A stretch of DNA of 28,337 nt, taken from NCBI GenBank assembly GCA_048939015.1, contig JBHLPW010000061.1, positions 1-28,337 on the forward strand, read 5' to 3'. The notes beneath the pieces were generated by a model that saw only the letters and a list, made by a program, of their open reading frames with translations, was not told where the DNA came from and made no database searches. This document shows positions 16,502 through 26,114 of this stretch, one piece after another. The translations under genes were made by a program, and so were the position numbers. Position 1 is the stretch's first letter, and every line of letters starts with the position of its first letter. This stretch comes from Promethearchaeota archaeon. GTDB taxonomy: Archaea > Asgardarchaeota > Lokiarchaeia > Sigyniarchaeales > SOKP01.

Positions 16502-17733
16502 CAAAAAGATCTTCAAAGAATATTAAATCATCAATTGGAGTGCTTAAAAATGAGATCTCAAAGAATATTAAAATAATTCTTCGTGGACCATCTCGTACTT
16601 TATTGCTTCTATCTTTATTATTTCCTATAACATATTTGTTTTTTATGAATATGGTTTTTGGATCAGTGGATTTTAATTATCCGATTGCTCTTGTAGTTCC
16701 AGATTATAATTCTGATGAGGATTTAAATACTGCCTTAGAACAGAATGAATTACCTAACATTGGGGAATTCATGGATTATTTAAATAACAATGAATTAGTT
16801 GGACCAACTCTAGTAAAGAGTCATATACAAATAATCGGAATTTCAGCCCAACAATTCCAAAATGATCTACAGCTTGAGAATGTTGTCATGATTGTTATTC
16901 TTCCTGAAAATTTCGAAAAGATAATCCAATCTGTGAAAAATGGCACATGGACAGATGGTAATGTTACGATCGAGCTAAAATGCTTAAATATTAATGAAGA
17001 TTACCTCAAAAATTTATATTTTGGATTTCAGCGCAAACTTAAAGCATACTATGATAATATATTGTCTAATGAGACTGAGGTTATTTATGTTTATAATGAT
17101 GCAAATCCTGAAAGAGAAACCTTCCCTCGAATGTGGACTATTGGTACAGGAGCAATAGTATTTATATGCTTAGTTTCATCAATGATAATCGGTTCTGCAT
17201 ATATTTTTATTGAGAAAGATAATAAAATGACTCCTGAATTTGCACTTGCGTCAGCATCTAATCAAAATTATACTTTCTTAGGGAAAATTCTTTCAGCTTG
17301 TATTCTAAGTTTTGTCATAAATTATGCATTAGGTATGATAATTATTTTTTTATGGATTGGAATCCCGTTTCCAGTAAATTTCCCAGGCTTTTTATTAATC
17401 TCCCTAGTTACTATTTTCTTAGGAGCTATTATAGGTACTTTATTAGGGGCTTTGATTCCAGAACAAGTATTTACTTTTCCAATATCCTTGTTTACCGTAT
17501 TAGCCACACTATTTTTATGTGGAGGATTTATAGATATTCAAATGTTTGGTGAACCACTCCGTACGATTGCAAATTGGATTCCTTTTACATATGTTTATAC
17601 AATAGTCAATAATACTGTGTTAACTGGGGATACGCCAAGTATAATTCACATTCTTGGCTTAATAGGGTATATTATTTTGTTTTTTGGTTTAGGTTTAATT
17701 ATATACCGAAAATTTGTAATAAAAACTAATTAA
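16498..17733 (+). CDS. ABC-2 type permease
   Basis: Same topology, 'EKD' motif and 'LCGGF...IANWIPFTY'. ATGA overlap. Confidence 0.9.
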   Translation: MTKRSSKNIKSSIGVLKNEISKNIKIILRGPSRTLLLLSLLFPITYLFFMNMVFGSVDFNYPIALVVPDYNSDEDLNTALEQNELPNIGEFMDYLNNNELVGPTLVKSHIQIIGISAQQFQNDLQLENVVMIVILPENFEKIIQSVKNGTWTDGNVTIELKCLNINEDYLKNLYFGFQRKLKAYYDNILSNETEVIYVYNDANPERETFPRMWTIGTGAIVFICLVSSMIIGSAYIFIEKDNKMTPEFALASASNQNYTFLGKILSACILSFVINYALGMIIIFLWIGIPFPVNFPGFLLISLVTIFLGAIIGTLLGALIPEQVFTFPISLFTVLATLFLCGGFIDIQMFGEPLRTIANWIPFTYVYTIVNNTVLTGDTPSIIHILGLIGYIILFFGLGLIIYRKFVIKTN

Positions 17734-17748
17734 ATTAGGTTATAAAGC

Positions 17749-19017
17749 TTACAAGAGCATTGCTTTGAAAAATTTAGGGCTAAGTGTAATTTTTGAAAGC
17801 GCAGGAAGTTTTCCAAACCATTTTTCTCCAACATATCTATCATTACTGGTATTATGAGTAGAAAGGTCATGGTTTATATATGCTTCATAAATGTATTTTC
17901 TCGCTAATTTATTTTCAGTTAGTAATTCAGTATATAAACGCCATAAAGACTTTACATAGGAACCTTCATTATAAATAAGATACTCAAGAGCATTACCATT
18001 TTTGAAGTATGGAAAAAGCACACGCTTAATTTCTTGGTCATATTTACTTAATTCTAATCGAGTAAATTTACTATCGTTTTCCAATAACCGTTTTAATGTT
18101 TTGGTGGCGATATCACCACATGCTACACCTGCTAACATTCCTTCATAAAAGAAAGCAGTCACAATTCCCGCAGCTTCACCAAGCACAAGAACTCGGTCAG
18201 TTGAGAAATGCTTAATGGGATGTTTGGATATTTCTCCAATCACAGCACTCGATAGATTATATCTTAGACCATTGACGAAAGGTTGAATAGGTTTATAATT
18301 CTTTAAAATCCTATCAAGTTTATCGGCGATTGCTTCTTTTGATTCATTTTTTCCACCTAAAAAACCAGTTGCGACTCTCTCTTTACCTTTATTAAAATAG
18401 AAAGGTCCATTAGTCGAAATCTTGGGATTAATATGGAACACATAATTATATTCTAAATTTTCATTTACCTTATCTTCATTTCCAAATAAATGGATTAAAG
18501 CTCCAGTGTAATGATCAGGCGTATCAAATCCTAGAGATCGTTGTAAATCAAACCCTCGTGAACCCGTTGCAAGAGCTAATAATCTCGTATTATAGGATTC
18601 TCCTTTATTATTAATTATTTCCAAAAAATCATTGTGTCTATTAATTCTTGAAATGTTTTCATTTGAATTGAATGTACCTCCTTGATCTTCTAATTGATTG
18701 ATGAGTTTTTGTAATAGGTTCTCGGTATGACAAATATTTCCTAAAGGTATACCAAATTCGGTCGAATCAATAACACCACTAAAATCATCACTCATATAAT
18801 TTGACTTTATGTGACGTGAAGGGAAGATAGTTTTGTCATCCCAATCAATTTCTTCCTTGATAAAAGGACGGTTATGCTCGGGAAACACATTTGTTCTTAT
18901 TGGAATTTCTTTTTTGTAATTTTGGGCTTCAATTAATAGAGTTTTAGCATATTTAGTAATTTTTGAAGCAAAACTTGTACCAGCAATTCCCGCACCAATG
19001 ATTATGACATCATACAC
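17749..19017 (-). CDS. FAD-dependent oxidoreductase, geranylgeranyl-reductase-like family
   Basis: N-terminal DVIIIGAGIAG dinucleotide motif, 'ATG' motif, and 'VLVLGEAAG...EGM' FAD motif. Confidence 0.85.
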   Translation of the reverse strand: MYDVIIIGAGIAGTSFASKITKYAKTLLIEAQNYKKEIPIRTNVFPEHNRPFIKEEIDWDDKTIFPSRHIKSNYMSDDFSGVIDSTEFGIPLGNICHTENLLQKLINQLEDQGGTFNSNENISRINRHNDFLEIINNKGESYNTRLLALATGSRGFDLQRSLGFDTPDHYTGALIHLFGNEDKVNENLEYNYVFHINPKISTNGPFYFNKGKERVATGFLGGKNESKEAIADKLDRILKNYKPIQPFVNGLRYNLSSAVIGEISKHPIKHFSTDRVLVLGEAAGIVTAFFYEGMLAGVACGDIATKTLKRLLENDSKFTRLELSKYDQEIKRVLFPYFKNGNALEYLIYNEGSYVKSLWRLYTELLTENKLARKYIYEAYINHDLSTHNTSNDRYVGEKWFGKLPALSKITLSPKFFKAMLL

Positions 19018-19196
19018 GTTAAGTCAATTCCTGAAAAGGGAAATTTTTATTTGTTATAATCTATCTAATGATTTTAATTTTTAGTTAAAAAGTTTTTATA
19101 GGTGTGTCTTTCTACAATAACATGAACAAAACTTTTTATTAAAATCTAAAAAACAAATTTATATAAAATTAAAGGTGGTAAATTATAGGATTAAGA

Positions 19197-20894
19197 TTGG
19201 CTTCAGGACTTGCCATAACTTCTTTATTTGCTTTGATGTATGCGGTTGTTTTTGTTATAGGTGTTTGGTTTTTGCCTTCAAATATATTCGGACTAATTTT
19301 CATGATTGCCATAACGGTAGGAATGGTCCTTTTACAATACGGGATTTCTCCCTTGATCGTGGGTTGGCTTTATAGGATAGATTGGATACCTTATGAAGAA
19401 TTTGTAGCAGAATTCCCACATTTAGCAGAATCTCTTAATAAGGTGGTCTCTTTTAGAGGTATTAAAATGCCACGACTCGGTATTATCACCAATGACTTCA
19501 ACCCTAATGCTTTCACCTTTGGATGGACTAAAAATTCAGCTAGGATTGTACTTACAGACGGGATATTCAAATACTTAAATAAGAAGGAGCAAAATGCAGT
19601 GTTTTCTCATGAGTTAGGGCATGTAGTACATTCAGATTTCATATTAATGACAATTGTTTTTGCTATTCCATTACTCTTATTAACAGTTGCTCGATGGGCA
19701 TATTATGCCAGTTACTTTTCAAGAGGAAGCAGAAGTGATAGTGATGAAGCTGGCTATCTTCGTCTTGCTTTAATTGCTATTGCGGTATTATCTTATATAA
19801 GCTATTATTTAAGCTATTTAATATCCCTCATAATTAGTAGAATTCGTGAATATTATGCTGATGAACATAGTGCGGAAGTTTTAGAAGATCCAAATGCATT
19901 AGCAACTGGATTGGTTAAAATAGCTTATGGATTGCTAGTTGATGGTAATCTCGAAGAAAGAAAAAAATCACGAGTTCGAGCACTTAGAGGATTGGGAATA
20001 TTTGATCCTGGTACAGCTAAGGGTTTAGGTATTATTAGCGTTGGAACTACACAATCATTATCAATGGAAGCGATTCAAAAAGCTGCTGCATGGGATTTAT
20101 ACAATCCATGGGCAAAATATTATCAAATCTTCTCAACTCATCCATTACCAGCAAAAAGGATTATGCGTTTGAATATGTTATGCGATATCTATGGAATCCA
20201 ACCAGAGATTGATTTCTCTGATGCCAAGAGATTAAAAGAGGAACAAGCCGGTAAATCATTGTGGGATGAATTTTTATGGGATATATTTATGAAAGCTCTT
20301 CCCACACTAGTCTTCTTTGTCTTACTAGGACTCACCATCGTTTGGATATTTAATCTTGTTGGATTTATCAATATTGCTTTTCTTGCGCCTGTTTTTGCAA
20401 ATATGTGGCTTGTGTGGGCTGCTGGATTTTATGTCATTGGATTTATGTCAATAATAAAAACAAGATATATGTATAAGAGTGGATTTGAAGATAAAAAAGT
20501 GATAGACCTTGTTACTAATGTGAAAGTAAGCCCAATACGCACAATTCCTGCCTATATAGAGGGAAGAATTGTTGGAAAAGGTATTCCAGGATATTATTTC
20601 AGTGAAGATATGTACTTCCAAGATGAAACTGGCTTAATGTATGTGGATTACAGATTTGGAATAGGATTAGCAGACCTTATATTTTCTCTTAGAACGGTTA
20701 ATAGATTAATTGGTCAACGAGTAAGAATTAAAGGGTGGTATAGAAGAGGTCCTAGTCCATATATTCAAGTAGATACAATTTGGAGTGAATCAGGAACTCG
20801 ACACAGAAATTATGCAAAAGCATTTAGGTACTTTTGGGCGGTTCTAGCTTTCATCCTCGGTTTGGCTTGTCTGTATTTCTCTTTTGCAAGTTAA
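19197..20894 (+). CDS. htpX: M48 (HtpX-like) membrane zinc metalloprotease with C-terminal extension
   Basis: PNAFTFG, HELGH (HEXXH), SRIREYYAD and STHP motifs. Extra TMs and a beta-rich C-terminal domain. Confidence 0.88.
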   Translation: MASGLAITSLFALMYAVVFVIGVWFLPSNIFGLIFMIAITVGMVLLQYGISPLIVGWLYRIDWIPYEEFVAEFPHLAESLNKVVSFRGIKMPRLGIITNDFNPNAFTFGWTKNSARIVLTDGIFKYLNKKEQNAVFSHELGHVVHSDFILMTIVFAIPLLLLTVARWAYYASYFSRGSRSDSDEAGYLRLALIAIAVLSYISYYLSYLISLIISRIREYYADEHSAEVLEDPNALATGLVKIAYGLLVDGNLEERKKSRVRALRGLGIFDPGTAKGLGIISVGTTQSLSMEAIQKAAAWDLYNPWAKYYQIFSTHPLPAKRIMRLNMLCDIYGIQPEIDFSDAKRLKEEQAGKSLWDEFLWDIFMKALPTLVFFVLLGLTIVWIFNLVGFINIAFLAPVFANMWLVWAAGFYVIGFMSIIKTRYMYKSGFEDKKVIDLVTNVKVSPIRTIPAYIEGRIVGKGIPGYYFSEDMYFQDETGLMYVDYRFGIGLADLIFSLRTVNRLIGQRVRIKGWYRRGPSPYIQVDTIWSESGTRHRNYAKAFRYFWAVLAFILGLACLYFSFAS

Positions 20895-20901
20895 AATATG
20901 A

Positions 20902-20930
20902 TTTTTTTCTCTTTATTTCTTTTTTTTATT
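20902..20930 (+). terminator. Oligo-T terminator tracts downstream of htpX
   Basis: T7 and T8 runs just after the stop, in a convergent intergenic region. Confidence 0.45.
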
Positions 20931-20943
20931 AAACCTGTTATGC

Positions 20944-21702
20944 TTATATAATGTTAGTAATTCTACTTGCTAATCTAGTTAGATTTAATTCAGCCATCCC
21001 TAAAGGTACAGTTCTATCATAGAGAACCACAACTAAAAGAGGATCTAGTTTCCAAGGGATGTCAACGATCCTAGAAAAAACTTTTTGTCCATTTTCTAAC
21101 CCATAATACATTTCGGGAAGATTTAAAGCACCAATCATATATCTAATCTCTAATTCTTTCAAAGAATTAACTAATATCTCAGGTGGAAGAGAAGTATATA
21201 TGGTATTGCCTTGTGTAGTCAGAAGTGCTGCTCCAATAATTTCATTTTCGAGCATTAATCCTTCAAACACATCTATAACTTTCGTGTAAAAAGTCTGACT
21301 CATATATATTTCATCTTCTCCTGCTACTATAGAATCTACCGTTTTATCAAATTTTGGATTTTCAATCTCCTGATAATCTTTTATTTTTGTAGTATCAGGG
21401 TACTCGTTCAAAAAGACATCAGCTATCCTTTCTAAACGAGATGTAACAAATAAAAGGCTGGCAGTTGAATCTGATAAGATTGAAAAAATTAAATCTTGAT
21501 AAACTTTAAAAACAAATCTCAATTCTCCCATTTCAAGAATTTCTGGAGTTTTTTTGGATATTACATTTTCAGAAAATGAAAATATTGCTGAAAAGAAAGG
21601 AGTGACCAAATTGACCTCGATATTATCGAAATCTTTTGTAAAATCTTTATGAAAGATGCATACTCCGGTTCTTTTTAATATAAAAAGGGAATGAATTTTC
21701 AT
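20944..21702 (-). CDS. Longin-like + roadblock/LC7-like two-domain protein (Asgard eukaryotic-signature type)
   Basis: N-terminal 'IHSLFILKRTGVCIFHKDF...LVTPFFSAIFSFS...LEMGELRFVF' longin pattern. C-terminal 'EIIGAALLTTQGNTIYTSLP...LLVVVL...VPLGMA' roadblock pattern. Confidence 0.75.
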   Translation of the reverse strand: MKIHSLFILKRTGVCIFHKDFTKDFDNIEVNLVTPFFSAIFSFSENVISKKTPEILEMGELRFVFKVYQDLIFSILSDSTASLLFVTSRLERIADVFLNEYPDTTKIKDYQEIENPKFDKTVDSIVAGEDEIYMSQTFYTKVIDVFEGLMLENEIIGAALLTTQGNTIYTSLPPEILVNSLKELEIRYMIGALNLPEMYYGLENGQKVFSRIVDIPWKLDPLLVVVLYDRTVPLGMAELNLTRLASRITNII

Positions 21703-21790
21703 TAAGATTGATACCTTAAATATCCTATAAGTCTAATTATAGAAATACAGTCTTTTAAGTATTTTTAATATAGACAAGTTAGAAGATAAT

Positions 21791-22579
21791 TTAATGTTCT
21801 CCTATCCAGTCTCTAATAGCAACTTTAACTGAACGGCTCATTTCTTGTGAGAAAGCAGATCCAGTTTTCCTTAAATAGTAATCTTGCCCAAGATTCTCAG
21901 CATTTTTAACAAGAGTAACATTTTCATAATTTTGGAACATTTCAGTGAAATCTTCCCTATTTAACCTTTTATATGTATTGATAAAATGGATATACTTCTT
22001 AGGAAATCGTTGTTTGATTATTCTTTTAGACATATCTTGCTTAGGATATCCAAAACAAAGCATTGTTATAGGAAATACCCATTTTGGAAGATTAAACATT
22101 TCTCGATGAATTTCAATATTTTCAATAATATCACCAATATAACAAGAACCAATACCCAATGATTCTGCGGCAATCACAGCATTTTGGGCAGCAATTAGGG
22201 CATCACAACAGGCGAGTAGAAGATCTGATTCTTCTGGAGTTCGATATACAAAATTTTTATCATCACATAAATTATGCACCCCCGAAAGTGTATAGTAATC
22301 ATACCAACGTTGCATATCTGCTAGAAATATAAGAACTAAGGGAGCTTTTGCGATATGAGGCTGATTGTCACAAGTTTTTACTAATTTATCTTTCATATCT
22401 TGATTTTGAACTTCAAGAATACTATAAAACATCATATTTCCTGCTGTTGGTGCTCGCATGGCACTATGTATAATTATATCTACTTCATTTTGGGACAAAG
22501 GTTTTGTCTTATAAGCTCTAACAGTACATCTGTTATTTAACAATTCTAATACTTCATTTATAGTTTCTTCTTCATCCAA
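21791..22579 (-). CDS. Nitroreductase family flavoprotein (NfsA/Frp-like)
   Basis: R-x-T-V-R-x-Y, APTAGNM, 'DALIAAQNAVIAAESLGIGSCYIG' and 'GYP' motifs. TTG start with GAGTGAG RBS. Confidence 0.9.
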   Translation of the reverse strand: MDEEETINEVLELLNNRCTVRAYKTKPLSQNEVDIIIHSAMRAPTAGNMMFYSILEVQNQDMKDKLVKTCDNQPHIAKAPLVLIFLADMQRWYDYYTLSGVHNLCDDKNFVYRTPEESDLLLACCDALIAAQNAVIAAESLGIGSCYIGDIIENIEIHREMFNLPKWVFPITMLCFGYPKQDMSKRIIKQRFPKKYIHFINTYKRLNREDFTEMFQNYENVTLVKNAENLGQDYYLRKTGSAFSQEMSRSVKVAIRDWIGEH

Positions 22580-22800
22580 ATATTCTCACTCTTCAACTTT
22601 TTCTCTTAATTATTTATCTAATATAATTTTATTAATTATTAAAATTCAAATGTTCTTGTTATTTTTAATAATTCCGTATCAATGTGGTGAGTTTTTTTCT
22701 GAATCCAGATATTTAAATAAAAATTTTAATATCATATTTATAGAACCTCACAGGGGTTTTTGTTCTATTTTATTTGATTTTTTATGGTAAACTAGAGATA

Positions 22801-23202
22801 ATGTCAGATAATAAGTTAGGAAAAATAAGAAATCGAAAAGCAGAAATGTTAATTAGAAATAGTAATCTGCCAAAAGAAATTATAGTAATAAAAGAGAATG
22901 AACAATTTACTCAACTATTGAAAGATTTTCCCGATAAGATTGTAGTTATTTATTTTTGGGCAAATTCGTGTGCGCCCTGTAAAATATATAGACCTATATT
23001 TGAAATAGCACACCAAAAATTCTCAATGGATTATGTTTTCGCTAAAATAAATGCTGATGAGAATCCTGATATTGCCCAATCTCTTGGAGTAACCTCGATT
23101 CCTACAACAGTTCTTGCGAAAGGAAATCAAGTTATACGCAGATTTATGGGAGTTATAAATCTTGAAACCTTAAAGCACATATTTGAGAATTTTAAAGCTT
23201 AA
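22801..23202 (+). CDS. Thioredoxin family protein (start uncertain; ATG 22801 preferred over TTG 22774)
   Basis: FWANSCAPCK active site, cis-Pro 'SIPT', and 'KINADENPDIAQSLGV'. Confidence 0.88.
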   Translation: MSDNKLGKIRNRKAEMLIRNSNLPKEIIVIKENEQFTQLLKDFPDKIVVIYFWANSCAPCKIYRPIFEIAHQKFSMDYVFAKINADENPDIAQSLGVTSIPTTVLAKGNQVIRRFMGVINLETLKHIFENFKA

Positions 23203-23300
23203 ACTTGATTGTTTTTAACTCAACATTATTTAATTACCATTGCTAGGGTCCTCGAGTTTTTAAAAGCAATGTATATATAGAATTTAGTTCAATTATTATT

Positions 23301-24650
23301 ATGAATAAGAAGATTCATAATTCTTCTCTGCTAACATTATCATTATTCATACTAATTCTTTCTTTAGTATATTCAATCCAAAATATGATTTCTCCTAATC
23401 TGGAGATTATTTCATATTATTTTGGGTTTGGAGGAGCTACTGCTCAATTAGGAGTCTTAACATCTACATTTACAATTCTATCAGGTATTTCTATTGTTAT
23501 TTTTGGGTATCTTTCAGATAAAATCACAAGAAAATGGATTGTGTTTGGTGGTGCTATAATTTACTCAATTTTTTCAATGATGATTATTCTTGTGATGCCA
23601 AACCTTAGTGGATATTACGTCTTTTTTTTTCTTTCATCTGTAAATGGATTTGGTTTTGGTGCCATAATCCCAAGCATCTTTTCCTTAATGGGAGATCTAA
23701 TATCTCAAGACAATAGATCTAAGGGATTTTCATTTTTTTCAATTGCTTCTCTTCTTGGGATGGCTTTAGGATTAATTTCTGCTACTATAGCCGGTCCAAT
23801 CGACTGGAAATTATCTTATTTTGTAATTGGGATATTTGGATTCGTAATTGCTTTGTTAATACTATTTGTTCGTGAACCCTCCCGTGTTGGTATAGATTAT
23901 ATTCTTTTACGCGAAATGGATACTATAGAGTACACATATCGGATAAAAAAGTCTGATTTAAAAGAAATTTTTAAGAAAAAGTCGAATATCTGGTTGGTGA
24001 TAAATTTTGTTGATACAATACCTACAGGCATTATATTGTTTTTAATTTTTTATTATATGAGCGATTTTCATAATGTACCAGAAGATATCTCCCTAATTTT
24101 CTTAGGAACTATACTTATAAGTACTCTTATTGGTACTTTATTATTTGGAGTTATTGGTGATAAATTATTTCAGGGAGGTAAGAAAAACACACGAGTATTA
24201 CTGGCTTTACTAGGAAATATAATACCTATACCTTTAATTTTCATTGCTTTAATTATTCCTTTTAGAGCTCCAGATGATTTATCCGTAGGTGAGCTATTTG
24301 CAATTCCAGAAGCTGCTATCATGTTAATCTTAATGATAATTGGAATGTTTGCTAATGGAGCGGTAAATGGGAGCTGGTATGCGACCGTAGTAGATCTTAA
24401 TCTCCCAGAACATAGAGGAACTACATTAGCAACAGCTAATTTTTTCGATATAATTGGTAGATCATTGGGTCCTTTAATTGGTTCTTTTATAAGAGATATT
24501 TTTGGATCTGTGTACGGTATGATGATGTCAATTATTTTTTGGATATTTCTTCCTTTGTTCTGGATACCAGTTCTTAAAAATGCGATACCAGAAATGGAAG
24601 CAACATCAAAAATATTCTCAGATCGATTAAAAGAACTAGAAAAAACTTAA
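23301..24650 (+). CDS. MFS transporter
   Basis: 12 TM, motif A 'GYLSDKITRK', second-half 'GVIGDKL', and 'PEHRGT'. Confidence 0.92.
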   Translation: MNKKIHNSSLLTLSLFILILSLVYSIQNMISPNLEIISYYFGFGGATAQLGVLTSTFTILSGISIVIFGYLSDKITRKWIVFGGAIIYSIFSMMIILVMPNLSGYYVFFFLSSVNGFGFGAIIPSIFSLMGDLISQDNRSKGFSFFSIASLLGMALGLISATIAGPIDWKLSYFVIGIFGFVIALLILFVREPSRVGIDYILLREMDTIEYTYRIKKSDLKEIFKKKSNIWLVINFVDTIPTGIILFLIFYYMSDFHNVPEDISLIFLGTILISTLIGTLLFGVIGDKLFQGGKKNTRVLLALLGNIIPIPLIFIALIIPFRAPDDLSVGELFAIPEAAIMLILMIIGMFANGAVNGSWYATVVDLNLPEHRGTTLATANFFDIIGRSLGPLIGSFIRDIFGSVYGMMMSIIFWIFLPLFWIPVLKNAIPEMEATSKIFSDRLKELEKT

Positions 24651-24662
24651 GTTCAATCTTTA

Positions 24663-24884
24663 TTATTTCCATGCCCAATGGCTTATTATTGCTTTAAATG
24701 GACAAGCACGTTGACAAGTTCCGCACTCAATGCATTCTCCAATCTTTTCAGCATTAACTTTACCGTTTATAACTTGATAAACTTGAGCAGGACACTTTCT
24801 AGCACAATTTCCTAATCCATTACAACGATCTTGGTCTATTTCTATCCAATGATTACCTTTCTTCCATTTCTTCATATCTGTCAT
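24663..24884 (-). CDS. Small ferredoxin (73 aa)
   Basis: CNGLGNCARKCP and CIECGTCQRACP motifs. The probable start is MTDMKK at 24884, because the longer tracked ORF overlaps the divergent OYE gene. Confidence 0.88.
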   Translation of the reverse strand: MTDMKKWKKGNHWIEIDQDRCNGLGNCARKCPAQVYQVINGKVNAEKIGECIECGTCQRACPFKAIISHWAWK

Positions 24885-24977
24885 ACTATAGACACTTCGT
24901 AATTTGATCATAAGAAATTTATTATTATATAAATTATAATCAAAAAAATAAATAGCTTCAGTGTATAATTCATAATA

Positions 24978-26114
24978 GTGATTAACTTGGAAATCAAAAC
25001 TCTTTTTACACCTGAAAAAATTGGAGATGTTCGAATTAAAAATAGAATAGTGCGATCTGCAACCCATATGCGAAGTACAGAAAAGTATGGATATGTTGGT
25101 GAAAAACTTATTGATATTTACAGAGAATTAGCGCTAGGTGGTACTGGATTAATAATATCAGGGTTTACAGCTGTAGATCCTGCAGGCACAGCTAATCCAT
25201 ATCAAACATGTTTGTATGATGACTCATTTATACCAGGTCAAAAGAAATTAGTTGAAGTAGTCCATGAGTATTCTGATGTTAAAATTGCAATTCAAATAGC
25301 TCACACAGGACGTCAAGGGTATCATCCCAAATACGATACAGTAGCACCATCCCCTATTCATTTTAAATCTACTGGAATAACACCAAGAGAATTAAAGAAT
25401 AATGAGATAAAAGAATTAATACAAAAATTTGTTAATTGTGGTAAAAGAGCCTATGAGTGTGGTTATGATATGGTACAACTTCATGCTGCGCATGGTTATT
25501 TTTTGTGTAATTTCCTTTCTCCATATACTAACAAGAGGACTGATGAGTATGGTGGAAACACTCAAAAGAGGGTAAAGATTTTAAGCGATATTTATAACGG
25601 TTTAAGGGATGATATTGGTAGAAATTTTCCTATTATTATCAAATTACAGACAGAAGACTTCTTTCCAGAAGGATTAAACTTAGAAGAAGGAATTGAATAT
25701 GCCAAACTTCTATCAAAAATTGGATTTGATGCAATTGAACCGAGTGGAGGTGGAGGAGAGGCTATTTCAACTAAGAAACCATATCCAAGTCTTCACATTA
25801 AATCATCAGAAGAAGAAAATTATTTCTTAGATCGTAATAAAAGGATAAAACCTTTTCTGGATAAATGTAAATTAATAGCAATGGGAGGGATAAAAAATCC
25901 AATTTCTGCTGAAAGAATTCTAAAGGATAATATTGCCGATTTTATATCAATGAGTAGACCGCTGATTTATGAGCCAGATCTTCCAAAACGCTGGGAAAAT
26001 GGAGATCTATCACCTGCTAAATGTATTAGTTGTAATGGTTGTTATATGACTATGATGCAAGGTCCTGTTTACTGCATTACTAAGAAAAAGAGAGAAGAGA
26101 AAATGAAAAAATGA
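24978..26114 (+). CDS. NADH:flavin oxidoreductase / old yellow enzyme family
   Basis: 'KNRIVRSAT', 'QIAHTGRQ', 'QLHAAHGY', 'NKRTDEYGG', and C-terminal CISCNGC...C cluster motif. Confidence 0.93.
   Translation: MINLEIKTLFTPEKIGDVRIKNRIVRSATHMRSTEKYGYVGEKLIDIYRELALGGTGLIISGFTAVDPAGTANPYQTCLYDDSFIPGQKKLVEVVHEYSDVKIAIQIAHTGRQGYHPKYDTVAPSPIHFKSTGITPRELKNNEIKELIQKFVNCGKRAYECGYDMVQLHAAHGYFLCNFLSPYTNKRTDEYGGNTQKRVKILSDIYNGLRDDIGRNFPIIIKLQTEDFFPEGLNLEEGIEYAKLLSKIGFDAIEPSGGGGEAISTKKPYPSLHIKSSEEENYFLDRNKRIKPFLDKCKLIAMGGIKNPISAERILKDNIADFISMSRPLIYEPDLPKRWENGDLSPAKCISCNGCYMTMMQGPVYCITKKKREEKMKK

Noticed and set aside
15367-17552. Short ORFs 15367-15552 (-), 17298-17552 (+) and 17322-17507 (-)
   Set aside because: Nested in ABC permease genes; shadow ORFs.
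19175-20371. 66-aa Cys-rich alternative-frame ORF (19175-19375) and 60-aa antisense ORF (20189-20371)
   Set aside because: Both overlap htpX. The Cys richness arises from the shifted frame of T/G-rich TM codons. The GGTGG at ~19174 could instead be an RBS for a slightly earlier htpX start.
23238-23271. Inverted repeat CATTGCT-N20-AGCAATG upstream of the MFS gene
   Set aside because: Only 7-bp arms with a long unpaired spacer and a single occurrence; compatible with chance.
24885-25067. N-terminal 61 codons of the tracked 134-aa ferredoxin ORF
   Set aside because: Overlaps the divergent OYE gene and the AT-rich promoter region; ferredoxin-like sequence begins at M62.
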